From Candidatus Moanibacter sp. (GTDB lineage: Bacteria > Verrucomicrobiota > Verrucomicrobiia > Opitutales > UBA2987): a DNA stretch of 64,000 nt. Under the pieces are notes generated by a model. That model had not been told where the DNA came from, did no database searches, and saw only the letters and a program-made list of their open reading frames with translations. A program made the position numbers and the translations under genes. Location: the NCBI GenBank assembly GCA_965215885.1, contig CBDCEW010000093.1, forward strand, positions 32,001 through 96,000, read 5' to 3'. This document shows, one piece after another, positions 10,620 to 23,779 of the stretch; position 1 is the stretch's first letter; each line of letters starts with the position of its first letter.

Positions 10620-11150
10620 CAACAGTGGGATGGCTACTGCATCAGCGGGCTAACTCTTTCCCTTCCCATCCGTGGCCCTTCATTTTCCGACCTGCCGGGC
10701 TTGCTTCTTCTCTCTTCCCTATCCGTGGTACTGCTGAGTCCCGGCTCGCCGGGATGGGCAGCCTCTTCCAGTACAACTGTCCCAAATGATTCCCCTCCTT
10801 CCTTTGCGTCCCTGCTGTACAGCAGAGTCTTCGTCCCTGCGACTTCTCGACAGGGCGTAGTCCCGCTTGCGGGTCGAAGACCGTTGCGTGAGAATTTTTC
10901 TCCCCTTTCGCGTATTTCGCGGCCCAATACCTTCTAGCTTGCCGGCCTAACGTCACGAACAATCATGACTTCCTTCCCCCTTTGCGTCCCTGCTGTTCAC
11001 CAGGCCCTTCGACTTTGCGACTTCGCGTGACAAATCTTTCCCCTCCCCATCCGTTGCTCTTCTTTCATCCGTTGCAAAACCTCTCCCTCTCCCCATCCGT
11101 GGTACTGCAGAGCCATCCGTGGGCAAACTCTCTTCCTCAATCAGCCTCCA

Positions 11151-12761
11151 CTATTCACTATCATCCAGCGAGCGGCCCTCCTCAAGCCCCCGGAGCTTTT
11201 CCTCGATGAGCTCAAGCCTTTGGACAAAGTCCCGATTTTCTTCCCTGAGTTTGGCGATCTCGGATTCTCTCTCGTCCAGCAACCGCAGGAGGGCCTGGAT
11301 GGAGGCGAGAGCGACCCCTGCTGTATCCACAGTTGTGATCGCTTTATCACTGCCACCGAGGCCAAACGCCTCGAAGAAATCCTGCGCCATCGGCCCGAGG
11401 TGCCGCACGCTGCCGTCCTCCTTCTTGTAATTCCAGGTCTCGATTGGGAGCGCGGCGAGCTTCTCGAGCAGTTCCCGGTAATCGATTTCCTCAAAATTCT
11501 CCTTCAGGTTCACATCGGAAGCATTCGTCCATGCCCCGCCCGGGGTGACGTGAGCACCGCTCGCCATCTCGAGAGGTTGGTCTGGAGTAGTGATGCCAAT
11601 GCCCACATCCCCGTCATTCGCCACGAACAGTGCGTCGCTCACACTGCCGTTGGCCGAATCGAGGGAATGGCCGTCCGGGATATCACCGGGATCGATCGCC
11701 GTGCTCTGCAGGGTGCCGTCGGGGAAGCGGAAGCCGAGCCTTTTAGAATGGACGGTACCGTCTGTCTCCAGGGTGCCGTTTTCATGAAGGGTGAGGGCGA
11801 GCCCGGGTTCGGCATCCTGCATATAAGTCTGAAACCAGAGATCGGAATCTGCCGATATATTACTCCGCCCATTCGGATAGGCGTCACCGCTCGATTGGTA
11901 GCGGCCATCCCATTCGTTTCCCGGGCCAACGAGCTGGAATGTGTAAACGAGGCCCGATGTTAGGAAAGGCGCCTCCTCAAAGTCCAAGTCGAGCAATTGC
12001 TCTTCTCCATTTATGATATTGAAAGTCACAGTATCCGAAAAGAGGAGGGGGCCTGTGGTTCCCTCGCCGAAATAGACGCGAATGTTGGTCAAGAGAAATT
12101 GGAGAGTCTCCACCGGGAATAGCTCGATACCAGTTAGTTTCCCATTCTGGCCGGCCGTAAAGGATTGCCAGACATTAGACATGTCGGTATCGGCGTCATC
12201 GGTCATCTGCGACTGATCGACAAATGCCTGACCGGCCAGTATCCTGGACGGCACAAATATTTCGAGTTCGGTGCTATCGGTCGTAACCGCGTTCAACGTG
12301 ATCTCCTCCGCTACGTTCTCGGCGATCATGGCGTAACCCACCGCCCCGATGCGCTGGTCGGGGGAAAGTTGCAAGAGCCCGTTGCTCGTCCCGTCATCGA
12401 ACCAGACGCGGATCGATACGTTATCGTTCTCCGTAAAGACCGATGCGGGGATGGAAGTCATATTCAGGATCGATTCATCGCCCAGGAAGACGGAAAACAG
12501 CCCGTTCAACACCTCTGATTGCACCGCATTCGCCGGGATTGCCTGCCCCACATCCGTCCCGTCGTTATGCCAGAGAACCGCTTCCGTGCCCAGGGTTACA
12601 TCCTTGACGAGCGAGAATCGAAACTCGCCCACACCGCCAAAATTCTCCCCGTCCACCACTACCCGGCCCTGGTAGGTGATGAGACTGGGAACCTGCGCCT
12701 CAACCGCAATCGGCCAGAGTAGAACCGATAAGCAGAAAGAGAAATAGACAGAGTATTTCAT
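11151..12761 (-). CDS. F6: secreted fibre-like protein with C-terminal peptidase S74-type intramolecular chaperone
   Basis: Signal peptide (...AVEA-QVP), shared YQGR domain, NASDVNLKEN...HLGPMAQDF motif and terminal coiled coil. Confidence 0.8.
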   Translation of the reverse strand: MKYSVYFSFCLSVLLWPIAVEAQVPSLITYQGRVVVDGENFGGVGEFRFSLVKDVTLGTEAVLWHNDGTDVGQAIPANAVQSEVLNGLFSVFLGDESILNMTSIPASVFTENDNVSIRVWFDDGTSNGLLQLSPDQRIGAVGYAMIAENVAEEITLNAVTTDSTELEIFVPSRILAGQAFVDQSQMTDDADTDMSNVWQSFTAGQNGKLTGIELFPVETLQFLLTNIRVYFGEGTTGPLLFSDTVTFNIINGEEQLLDLDFEEAPFLTSGLVYTFQLVGPGNEWDGRYQSSGDAYPNGRSNISADSDLWFQTYMQDAEPGLALTLHENGTLETDGTVHSKRLGFRFPDGTLQSTAIDPGDIPDGHSLDSANGSVSDALFVANDGDVGIGITTPDQPLEMASGAHVTPGGAWTNASDVNLKENFEEIDYRELLEKLAALPIETWNYKKEDGSVRHLGPMAQDFFEAFGLGGSDKAITTVDTAGVALASIQALLRLLDERESEIAKLREENRDFVQRLELIEEKLRGLEEGRSLDDSE

Positions 12762-13227
12762 ATGAGAGACCGCTCATCCTGTCAGATTGTGCCTCTCCCG
12801 TCAGCAGAAATTTTCGCCTTCTAACGGGGTTTACAACTTCCCACGTAGCCGAGCCAGCAACGGCGCGGAAAATGCAACTCGTTCAATCCGCCTCTTATAC
12901 AGAGTTGGCTACCTCCATACCGAAAAGCTCCCTCTTTCCGCTACAGATAGTGCTGCGAAAGAAAACACCCCACACAATGCTTGTCATTGCGAGGAAGAAT
13001 GACGAAGCAATCCAGGTACTCGACCTTCCGTAGTCCTTCCGCCAACCTGGATTGCGTAACCGCACCGGCAACGGCGCGGAAACCCCTCGCCCATTCTCCG
13101 TTTCGCCGTCTCTCCGTTTCTTCCTCTTCCCCCATCCATTGCTCTCTCCGCCTCTTGTGCAGAGGCGGCTACTAATCCCTATGAAAGACGACCTGGCACA
13201 CTTCGATTCAGGCGGAAACCAGAGACG

Positions 13228-16200
13228 CTAAACGCTACTAAAAGATCCATCACTGAGAGGATCAAAGTTCTCATCGAAACAACCCACAAGTTTTCCCGTG
13301 CCAAAGCCTGCATCATGTGTGCCGTCCAATAAGGTCGTTGCTATATTGGCGCCGCCGCTCGAATCCACAAATATTGAATTGCTGCTCCCCTTGATGCGAC
13401 TGCCGAAGATATTCGCGTTTCCACCATCACAGTTTACGCCCGTTCCATTCGTATCGGAAACAACGATATCACTATCAGTAATGGTGGCCGCACCGGACGA
13501 AATGAGGACACCGTTATTTGCGCTACCGCCATTCGATACCGTGATAAAAACATCTTTAAGGACCACGAGACCCGTATTATTCAGGATAACCCCAGTCGCC
13601 GGGTTTGAGCCGCCCCCATCACCTTGTGCGTCTATATCGGAGTCCTGAAACGTGGCCGTCGCACCATCAATCTCTACGGCTGTGGGTCCATCGCCACTGG
13701 CGCTGACCGTGACTTTACAAAAGACCGGATTAGCGCCGCTTTCATTGGCTTGAACGCTCACAGCGACGGGAGTACCGTTTGCGAGGTCGGAGAATATCTC
13801 TACTTTATATATCGAAGGGGAGGTCGAATCGATTATCAAGGCTCTACCACCTCCGGTATTGGATACGGTCAAGAAGCGTAACTCTGAGTTCGATGCCCCA
13901 GTATTCAATATCGTGGTACCCGTGCCGGTATTACTGCCGGTGATAATCGTAATCCCAATCCCCGACCCCTCGATATCGACATAGTTTTTCATGCTCAAGG
14001 TGCTTGTTCCCAGGTCAAAAATTCCCGGCTCTATCTTCAGGAGATAGGGAGTCGAGCTGCCGGCCGAAATGCCGGCCAGCGCCGCGAGCAAGGCCGTCCC
14101 GTTTGCCGTATTGCTTCCAACCGGGCTGACCACGACCGTCTGCACCAAGTGAGCCGAGCTATCCCCGTCATGAACGGAGACATCAACTCCGTCGACCAAT
14201 CCCACCGGCCCGATATCGCCATTGCCGTCGATGACGATATTGTCGGCATCAATCGAGAAATCGCCGTTACCCGAGTCCACATCGATCGCAAAATTTCCAC
14301 CGCTCGTAAGGGAGCCGTCGGCCAGGACTGTTGATGCCGAGCCCGCCGTAAAGCTTTTCGCCGTGACGTCGCCGCTATTATTCACGACGAATTTGGCAGT
14401 CCCCGCGACTTCCAACTCCATGAGATTAGGCGAACTCCCGCTAGTCTCGTTTAAATGCGCCAAGGGCGTTGCGGCGGTCGAAATACTCTGAGCCGATCCC
14501 GGCACGACCTGGACATAGTCGCTAAGCCCGCCTCCCCCGGTCGCGTCCGCATGATCGTGGGTGGCGCTGGTAAAGTCCGCGATCGTTGGCTTGCCCAAGG
14601 TCTTGTTTGTCAAGGTCTGCGAATCGCTCGTGCCGACGAAGTTGCCGGTCACACCGTGCACACCGGAGCCGGCACCGGCACCGGCATGAGCGGACACATC
14701 GACCCCGTCCACCGTGCCGGCCAAAGTTAGGCTTCCCGCCAGATTGACAGAGAAATTGTTCGCCACGACCACAAAATCCTCAATTGAGGCATCGCCCCCC
14801 GCCACATCGATGGTAAATGCGGAGCTGTTCGATTTGGTGATGCCGTTTGCATCAAACGTCGTGGAGGAAAAACCTGCCGTATAACTGGTAGCGATCACAT
14901 TCCCGTCATTTTCAACGACAAATCTGTTTGATGGACCAACTTCCAGCTGGATCAGGTTGGGCGTGTTGCCTCCGTCATTCTCTCTGATATGAATCAAAGA
15001 TGTGGCGGCGCTGTTGATATTCTACACTGCACCCGGAACGATCTCCACGAATTCGCTGCCGGAATTGAGAGATACCCCACCGACATTCGTTAAGTTGAAT
15101 CCGTTCAGATCCAAATCGCCGCTGAAACTTCCAGTGCCGTTTACTGATAACCCGTCTGAATATACTATGCCACCGACTTCGAGATCGCCATCCGGGCTCA
15201 AAAGAGTCATACGTCGACGCAAAATTCCAGCGTTGTCTCTTACCCAGAAGGTCAGTGTTGAGGCCTCAAGATCTGGGTCCACTTATCGTGGCGACGGACG
15301 AAATCCGCCCAATGTCTTCAATCACACCATTGCTGTCCTCCACCTGAAAGAGGATACCGGTGCCGATCTGATCTTCTCCGTTACCTCCGGCGATTGTGTG
15401 GGTTACTGTGACCACGTCCGTGTTATCGCCCGACATCGAATCTTCCTCAGTAACACCTAACGTTCCCGAAACCGTCGTGTTTGCGTTGGCATTTATTGTC
15501 GAATCGGAGCTGTTCAGGTTAATGTCACCGTTAAGAGCATTGAGGTTCACATCCCGGTCCGAGTTGAGCGCAAGGTCACTGGATCCCCCCGTCGCCGAAA
15601 CGCTTACGGGTCCGTTACCCGTAATATTGCTTCCGACTCCGGTAATGTCGTTTCCCCCCAAATTGAGATCCCCACTCATCGTGTCGCCATCCAGATTGGC
15701 ATAGCGGTCATCGACGTCGACGGTATCGAGGTCGCCCTGATCGACCGTCCCCGTCCTTGATATTGTCGCTCAGGATCGTCTCCGAGGCGATCTTGTCGCC
15801 CGTGACGGCATCATCCGCGAGTTGATCGGTATCGACGGACCCGTCGGCAAGAAAGTCCGCCCCGAAGGCACCTATCGCGTCCAGGTTCTCATCGATACAA
15901 CTGTGGCACGGAAAAAGCGCTCCCACCGAGAGGGCCTTCAAACTGCGAGTTGATCCCCACAACATTTGCAGTGTTGTTGATTGAATTCATGTCGCCCACC
16001 ATGCGGCTGTTTCGAATGGTCGCGGTGCCATTGTTCACAACTTCGATACCGACAGATTTTGTGCCCATAGCAACCGCCTCTACCTGATCGACGAAAATAG
16101 AGGCGTCATTAATCCAGATACCAAAAATTCTATTAACTGTATTATCGCCCGACACCTCGATACTGATTCCAAAGAGGTCCGCCGTGGCAGAATTCGTGAG

Positions 16201-17148
16201 AATTACCCCAAAGGCATCGTTTCCTAAGTCAGCTTCTAAGTCTATAGCTACATCAGTAAGGTCAAACCTTCCTCCATTAGATGAAAATCCAGCAGGAGAA
16301 ACTCCGTCCACAACTTCGACGTTAACATGAAGCGCGAAAACTTCCTGTCCTGAAGCGGTGCGGAATCCGTTAAGGCCGCCCGCATTGACAACCTTCAGAC
16401 TTCGGAAGGCACAATTATCTACTGCCTGGGTTTCGGTCGTCTTTCCTATAACATAGATCCCCCGCCCTACGATTCTGGTAAGATCTCTTCCGGAGCCCTC
16501 AATATGAACATGTGACTTCAATGGTATGTGCCCATTTACTCCCAAATCGAATGTTCCCGGCTCCAGCTTCACCAGATAGGGCTTTGAAGAACTATTGTCC
16601 GTAATTCCATTCAACGCCGCGACAAGGGCGTCACCATTTTGCTCTACCGAGCCGCCCTCCACAGGTCCGACGAAGATCGTCGTAATACCCGGATTCAGGA
16701 CCTCCTGTGCCACCATCGCGAAGCCCACCGATGTGATGCGCTGGTCCGGCGATAGTTGCTCGAAGGCATTGGCCTGATCGCGGAACCAGACGCGCAAATC
16801 GACCTCGCTGTTATCGACAAAGATGCCGGGGGAAATGGGGACCATGAAGTGCGGCGAACTGCTATCGCCGAGGCCCACCGAGTAGAGGCCGTTTGTCACG
16901 GCAAGCGATACAAAACCATTGGGTTCGCCGTTTGTCCCCGAACTGTTCCCATTGTGGCTCCAGAGGACAGCTCCAGTACCATCTACGAGCACGAACTTAA
17001 AATCGCCGCTCCCGTCGAAGTTGACGCCGTTCTTAACGACACGTCCCTGGACGTTGATAATTTCCGGGACAGCCGCTCGGGCCGTGGAGCCCAAAGCGAA
17101 AGCGACAAGAATGAGAGAGATGAATCCACTCTTACGATATTTCATCAT
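13228..17148 (-). pseudogene. F5: secreted fibre-like protein with two beta-helix-like domains; broken reading frame (~1305 aa reconstructed)
   Basis: Five ORF pieces are collinear with the paralogs. Single extra bases near 15912, 15750 and 15283, and TAG at 15022-15024 where F3 has CAG. Confidence 0.75.
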
Positions 17149-17717
17149 TAACTTTCCTTTTCTGTTTATCAATATGCGAAACGCATGGTGCGAAGAGTCA
17201 ATGTGTTCTCCAACACCCAGATAGTGAGATCAGATCTGACCTATACACGGGCGAGATGCCTGGAGCAATTCAAAACGTAGTGGGTTACTGCGTAGCCGCG
17301 TCAGCAACGGCGCGGAACAGGGCCACTCAGGTAAGACGCTCCAAGCCCGGAGATTCATAGAAAAGCCAGCCACAAAGAGGCACAAAAACCGCAAAAAAGA
17401 AAGCGAGATGATTCCTCATACACCAACTCTTTCATTACTAACCATTTATCACCCGCCCTTAAGAAGCCGTCTGAAATGATGGGGTTTTAAGCTCTTGATC
17501 ACCGCGAAGGAACAGTGGGATGGCTACGGCATCAGCGGGCAAATTCTTTGCATTTTCTTATCCAGGGTGGGCTTCCTAATCGTCCTCCGCTGATCGGAGC
17601 TTCACTTTTGCTTTCCTCACTGGATGCTGGGCTCTGATTGCTAAACGCTCAGGCCCTCCCTTCGATCCTGCCGAGCGGGACAAGGACAAGACGGACACCG
17701 TCATCTTATCCGCCTTT

Positions 17718-17792
17718 CGAAAAGCTTCCGCTTTCCGCTACTGATAGGGCGCAGATTTCTCAATAATCGTAGCGGAAAGCGGAAGCTTTTCG
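17718..17792. repeat. REP-like doublet, family GTAGCGGAAAGCGGRAGCTTTTCG
   Basis: Inverted pair. Other copies at 1366-1389, ~12921-12944, 18393-18457, 34349-34423 and 61430-61494. Confidence 0.8.
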
Positions 17793-20493
17793 TATTACTA
17801 TCCGTCAGAACTTAGTTTTTTGAACACGTCTATTCTGTCAGTGAAGTATAAGAGGCTGGTAATCAAAGTATTGCGATCGACCCGTCGCCGCGTAGATCTG
17901 CCGAGGCGAGCAAGGGTCGTGACGAGGTTACCCAAGGGAAGTAGGAGTTTCCTTCTTCATTCGCGTTAATTTGCGGTTCTCTTCTTTTTCCCGCTCAGCG
18001 GGATTGCGGCTATGCTGTGCTAGGCTTTCTGCAATCCATTCATTGAGAGCGGTCTGCGAGCGATCCGTATCTGTCTGGCGATTCTCCTATTTCGAGCCCG
18101 TTCCATCGGGGGATAAACCCGCTTCCTGGCCTGAGCCTGCCGAAGGCCTACAATCCCTCGCGGGGTGGTCGTTCTGAATTCCTTAATACCGCCAGGCTGT
18201 AGGAGAGGCTTCATGCCTCGATCCGTATCCCCTTTTTTCATTGCTGAAGGATGGAGGAAAATTGAACGTGCGCCGGAGCGCCCAGCCTGCCTCGGCGAAT
18301 CACGCAGTGCGAAGACGGGTCCCACCCTGCCGTACGGCAAGGTTGTCAGCGGTGGACCGGGCCCTCCGGGCACGGTGGTCTCACGCCCGATTCGAAAAGC
18401 TCCCGCTTTCCGCTACATACGTCTATTCGCCCTAGGAAAATTCGTAGCGGAAAGCGGCCCAGGAGATGTCGGTGGTGCAATCCCCCCGCATGCCACGAAA
18501 GCCCCCGGATGGCTATTTTTTCGGCGAATTCGAAGGGCAAAACCCGACAGATTCCTAAGGGTTCTCCGCCGAAAGTGAATCATCTTCAAATTCCAGAGTC
18601 ACTGAGACATCCTCGACGACAGATTGCGCGCAATTGCCACAGTCGATCTCGATATCGAGACGTTGCCCGCTGAGGCAGAAGAAGGAGTTGGTAGTATCAG
18701 AGCCATCGTTAACTCCCGCACCAAGTGTAACCGTCATATTGGTATCGCTTCCATTGAGTCTGGCAATTATGTCTGCCGATTCCGAAAAGCCGGGCGGCGT
18801 TTCTGCATGGACGTACATCTTCGTTACTTCGAGATCAGAATTGCAAACCATGAAGTGAAGTTCGCTGAATTCTGGAAATTGTATTCCCGGACCCGCAAAG
18901 ATAGAGGACCCTGCTTCCGCCTGTCCATCCAACACAAAGCTCTCGGTAAAGACGGCCTTATGAAAATGCTGATCGAGGTTGATGCCGTCGACCAATCCCA
19001 CCGGACTGATGTCGCCGTTGCCGTCGATACCGATATTCATGGCATTTACCGTAAAATCATTATTACCGGATCCCGCATCGACTGAGAAATTCCCGCCGCT
19101 CGTGAGGGAGCCATCGGCAAAGACAGTTGTGGCACTTCCCGCTGTAAAACTGTTCGCCATGACGTTGCCCTGATTATCGACTGCGAACTTATCCGTCCCC
19201 CCAACTTCCAACTCCATTAGATTAGGCGTACTTCCGCTCGTTTCGTTTAAATGCCCCAGGGTCGTTGCCGCGCTCGCAATCGTCTGGGCCGATCCGGGTA
19301 CGACGAGGACCAAACCGCTGAGTACGCCCCCGCCCGAGTTGCCCGTATGACTGTGCGTGGCATTGGAGAAGTCCCCGATCGTTGGCGTCGTCAGGGTCTT
19401 GTTGGTCAGGGTCTGGGAATCGCTGTTACCGACAACGCTGCCGGTGACTCCGTGCACTCCGGAACCGGCGGCGGCGTGGTCCGATAGGTTCACTCCGTCC
19501 ACAGTGCTCACGTTGATGATCTTGTTGGTTCCCACGTCGAAGTTGCCGCTCATTGCGTCTGAACCGTCCCGTTCGAGATACTGGAGGTGGTCGTCGTCAG
19601 CGTTGCCGGTGAGCCCGCCGTGATCGACCGGTGTCCCACCCAGGCCGCCACCGTGGTCATGTCCCTCTATGTCCACCCCATCGACCAATCCCACCGGACT
19701 GATATCGCCGTTGCCGTCGATGCTGATATTCATCGCATCAATCGTAAATTCACCGTTCCCCGAATCGACATCGACTGCCAGATCCCCGCTCGTCGACAGC
19801 GAGCCGTCGGCCAGAACGGTCGATGCGAAACCCGCCGTAAAACTCGTCGCGGTGACACCCCCGGCATTTTTGACCACGAACTTATCGATACCCCCGACTT
19901 CCACTTCGATGAAGTTCGGCGAACTTGGGCTGTTCTCGTTCAAATAAATAACGGAAGTTGCCGCGCTCGTAATGTCCTGGGCTGATCCGGGTACGATCCG
20001 CACGGAACCGCCACCGCTCATGTTGTCGGTATGACTGTGGGTAGCGTTCGAGAAGTCCGCGATCGTCGGCGCCGTCAGGGTCTTGTTTTTCAGGGTCTGG
20101 CTCCCGTCCGTTCCGACGAAGCTTCCCGCCACAAAGTGCACACCGGAACCGGCGGCAGCGTGGGCCGACACGTTCACACCGTCCACCGTGCCCACGTTGG
20201 TCACATTGTTGTCTTTCAGGTCCAGGTCGCCGTCAAACGTCGCCTCTCCGGCGCTCAATGTGCCGCTGATGGTTACGTTCCCTGATGCATCGATCTCGAA
20301 ATTGTCAGCCGTGACGATCAAGTCTTCTCCCACCGCGTCGCCCCCGGCCACATCGATCGTAAAGGCCGAACTGGTCGATTTTGTTATGCCGTCTTCCCCG
20401 AAGAAGGTCGTTGAGGAAAATCCTGCCGTGTAGCTCGTCGCCACGACATCACCGTCATTGTCAACGATAAACCGGGCCGATGGCCCCACTTCA

Positions 20494-22387
20494 CAGGGTA
20501 AAAGGATTCCAGGAAGCAACTAGCTGATAAGCAAGAAGATAAAAAAAGAGCTAAACAAACCCGAGGGAATCAGTCATGTTAAGATGGGATGAAAGACAAA
20601 AAATCTTACCAACTGAATCCTTCGATAGATCGTTTAACTCTGCGTCTGGTCCTGCCCGAAGAGCAGGAGCGATTCAATGATCTATTGAAACAACATCATT
20701 ATTTACACAGTGCGGGCAGCGCAGGAGAGACCCTGCGCTATGTGGCGCAGATCGACGGGCAATGGATGGGCCTGCTCTTGTGGGGGGCCGCATCCTACCG
20801 GCTGAAGGATCGAGACGAATGGATCGGGTGGGACGGGGCGCAACGGCATGCACGATTGAAACTGGTAGTACAGAACCGGCGTTTTCTGATTTTGCCCGGG
20901 GTGGATCTTGCAAATTTGGCCTCCAAGACGTTGGGTATGTGCCTGAGAGTCTTAGCCGATCACTGGCAGGAGGCTTTTGGCTATCGTCCCTTAGTAGCGG
21001 AAACGTTCGTGGACCCACAGATTCACCGGGGCACTTGCTACGAAGCGAGCGGGTGGACGCCCTTGGGCTTGAGCGCGGGATATGGCCGCCAACGCGAAGA
21101 TTTCTATCAACGCCATGAGCGTCCCAAGCAGATCTGGGTCAAACCCCTCAAGGCTAATGCCCTTGAGCTTTTGCGCGCTTCAGGGCCATTGCCCGCGGCA
21201 CAGAGCCAGGCGCTCAATGAAACCGATAACTCCCATGCGGTCTGCCTCAAAGTGGAACAGATGAGCAGCCTGTGGGAACGCTTCAATCAGATAGAAGACT
21301 TCCGTCGTAAAGCGGGCCTTAGATATCGGCTCGCCACGGTCCTGAGCATGATTGTGCTCGGCACGATGTGCGGCAAACAGACCCTCAAGGGCATCGTGCG
21401 CCTGGCCCATCATCTCAATCAAGCCCAATTGCGCGCCTTACGCTCCTGGAAAAACCCCAAAACAGGCCGCTATAAGGCCCCTTGCTATGATGTCTTCTAT
21501 CGGGTCTTGCAAAACGTAAAGGCCGAGCTCTTCGATAAAACCCTCACCGAATTCATCTGCTTACAAGACGGCTGTTTGCCCCGCGATATTGCCGTCGACG
21601 GCAAGACCCTCAAAGGCACAAACACCGAAGAATCAAAGGCTCTGCACCTGGTGGCCGCAGTCGATCACCAAAGCGCTCAAACCTTAGCCCAAGTCGCTAC
21701 CGCCGATAAATCCAACGAGATCACCGCCGCCCAGACTCTCTTGCGAAAGATGCCCATTTTGGACGGCTCCACCTTCACCTTCGACGCCATGCATAATCAA
21801 AAAGAAACTGCCCACATCGTCGTCGAAGAACTCAGTGCTGACTATGTTATTCAAATTAAAGACAATCAGCCCAACATGCATCAATACGCTCAGAATCTCT
21901 TCAGCTCCACCCCCTTTTTCTCCACCAACCCGTGGACAATGACCATGGGCGACTCGAAATACGTCAAATAGCAACCCATTCTCTAAGCGCTCCCTCTGCC
22001 GGCCTGCCCCATGCCCGCCAGTTCGCCTGTGTGCAACGCACCTTCCATTATCCAAACAAAGCTGAACCTTCCTCTGAACGCTCTTACTACGTAAGCAGTC
22101 TCGATCCCGCCGATTTGAGCCCTCAACAGTTCCTCTCGAAAATTCGCAACCATTGCTCGATCGAAAATAAAAATCATTACCCCAGGGATCGCTTCTTCGA
22201 TGAAGATCGATGTATGATCCGTAATCATAACGCAGCCAGAATTCTTGCTGCATGCAGGCAACTGGTTCTCAGCCTCAAGTCTTCCATGGGCGCTGAATCC
22301 ACTCCCGCACTCTGTGATGATTTCGTCTTTAACTTACATAAGGCCATCAATATCATCACCTAATGCTCCGAGAATCAAAATACCGTG
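20494..22387 (+). mobile_element. ISAs1-family IS, 1894 bp
   Basis: Imperfect TIRs cagggtaaaaggattc / cacggtattttgattc; 10-bp TSD ccccacttca (20484-20493, 22388-22397). Confidence 0.9.
20589..22363 (+). CDS. DUF4338-like domain fused to ISAs1 transposase, split across a -1 frameshift
   Basis: ORF1 has HHYL...NRRFLILP...ETFVD and IAVDGKTL, KSNEI, FDAMH, IKDNQP. ORF2 (21932-22363) has HGRLEIR and RNHCSIEN. CCCCCTTTTT lies at the junction (~21910-21919). Confidence 0.82.
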
Positions 22388-23779
22388 CCCCACTTCAAGC
22401 TCGATCAGTTTGGGCGCGTTGCCCCCGTCATTCTCTCTGAGGTGAATCAGGGAAGTTGCGGCGCTGCTGATACTCTGCACCCCACCGGGAACGAGTTTCG
22501 CGAATTCACCCCCCGCGTTCTGGCTCAGGCCGCCCACATCCGTCAAATTGAACCCGTTCAGATCCACGTTGCCCCCGAAATCTCCGCCCCCTGAAACTTC
22601 CAGCCCTCCGCTCACAAACAGATCTCCTTCCGGGCCCGAAAGTGTCATCCGCCGACGCAGAATTCCACCGTTGTCTCTTACAAGGAATTCGATCTCGGAT
22701 CCCTCCAGATTCGGTTCATTCCCTAAACCAATTGTCCCTACGGCTCCGACATCTTCAATTACACCATTCCCGTCCTCCACTTGAAAGAGGATGCCCGATC
22801 CAATCAGATCTCCTCCCGTATTCCCGGAGATCGTGTGAGTCAGGGTAAGCACGTTGGTCGTATCGCCCAACAGCGTATCCTCCACCGTAACACCCAATGT
22901 TCCCGTAATTCGAGTGTTTGCCTTGGCCATTATCGTCGAATCCGAGGCGTTGAGATTGATATCGCCGTTGAGTGCATTCAGGTTGATATCCCGGTCCGAA
23001 TTTAGATCGAGGTCATTGGTTCCACCTTCCGCCGATACGCTCAATGGACCATCCGCCGCGATACCGGGACCGACACTGTTGATATTGTATCCCCCCATAT
23101 CGATGGGACCAGCCATCGTGTCCCCATCCCGATTGACATATCGAGTATCGACATCGCCTGAATCGAGCTCGTCGAGATCGACGGATCCGTTCACGATGTT
23201 GTTGCCCGTGATCGTCTCAGAGCCGATCTTGTCGCCCGTTACGGCTCCATCCACTAATTGAGCGGTATCTACCGACCCGTCGGCCAGGTTATCCACCTCC
23301 CTCGCCACAAGCACCCGGGCAGAAGGAGCGATGCGCTGATCGGGAGAGAGTTGCTGGCTGTTGAACCAGAAACGGAGATAGCGGATCTCGTGATCCAACA
23401 GGACGGAGTCCGGTATCGGGTCCATGTTCGTGAGGCCCGTATCGCCCAGCAGAACCGAGACCAGTCCGTTGCTAACCTGGCAGGATATACCCATGTCCGG
23501 CACGTCCGCATTGAGCATTGAATTGCTCCAGAGAATCTGGCTGCTGTCGTCGATGATGGCGAAGCGGCAGTCGCCCGGGCCGTCCACGTTCACACCGTTG
23601 ACTACTACCCGAGCCTGGTAGTTGAAGACGTTATCGCCCGGTGACGATGCCTCTCCTATGCCCGTAAATAACAGCACCGCCATCGCGCTTATGAACAGCG
23701 CACCGATCGAATTCGGTCGGGTTCGATTCTTAATTATTCGGCTTCTCATACTCGAAGTGTCAAAGTGCTGTTCCGTTAG

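Larger units (their letters stand above)
18555..23749 (-). pseudogene. F4: secreted fibre-like protein interrupted by an ISAs1-type element (~1096 aa reconstructed)
   Basis: Removing 20494-22387 plus one TSD copy restores ELEVGPSARF in frame, matching ELEVGPSDRF in F3. Confidence 0.88.

Noticed and set aside
17971..18578. Small ORFs in intergenic regions (also ~10.4-11.2, 31.3-32.2, 38.2-38.6 and 39.6-40.0 kb)
   Set aside because: They translate REP-like and low-complexity repeats and show no protein-like features.
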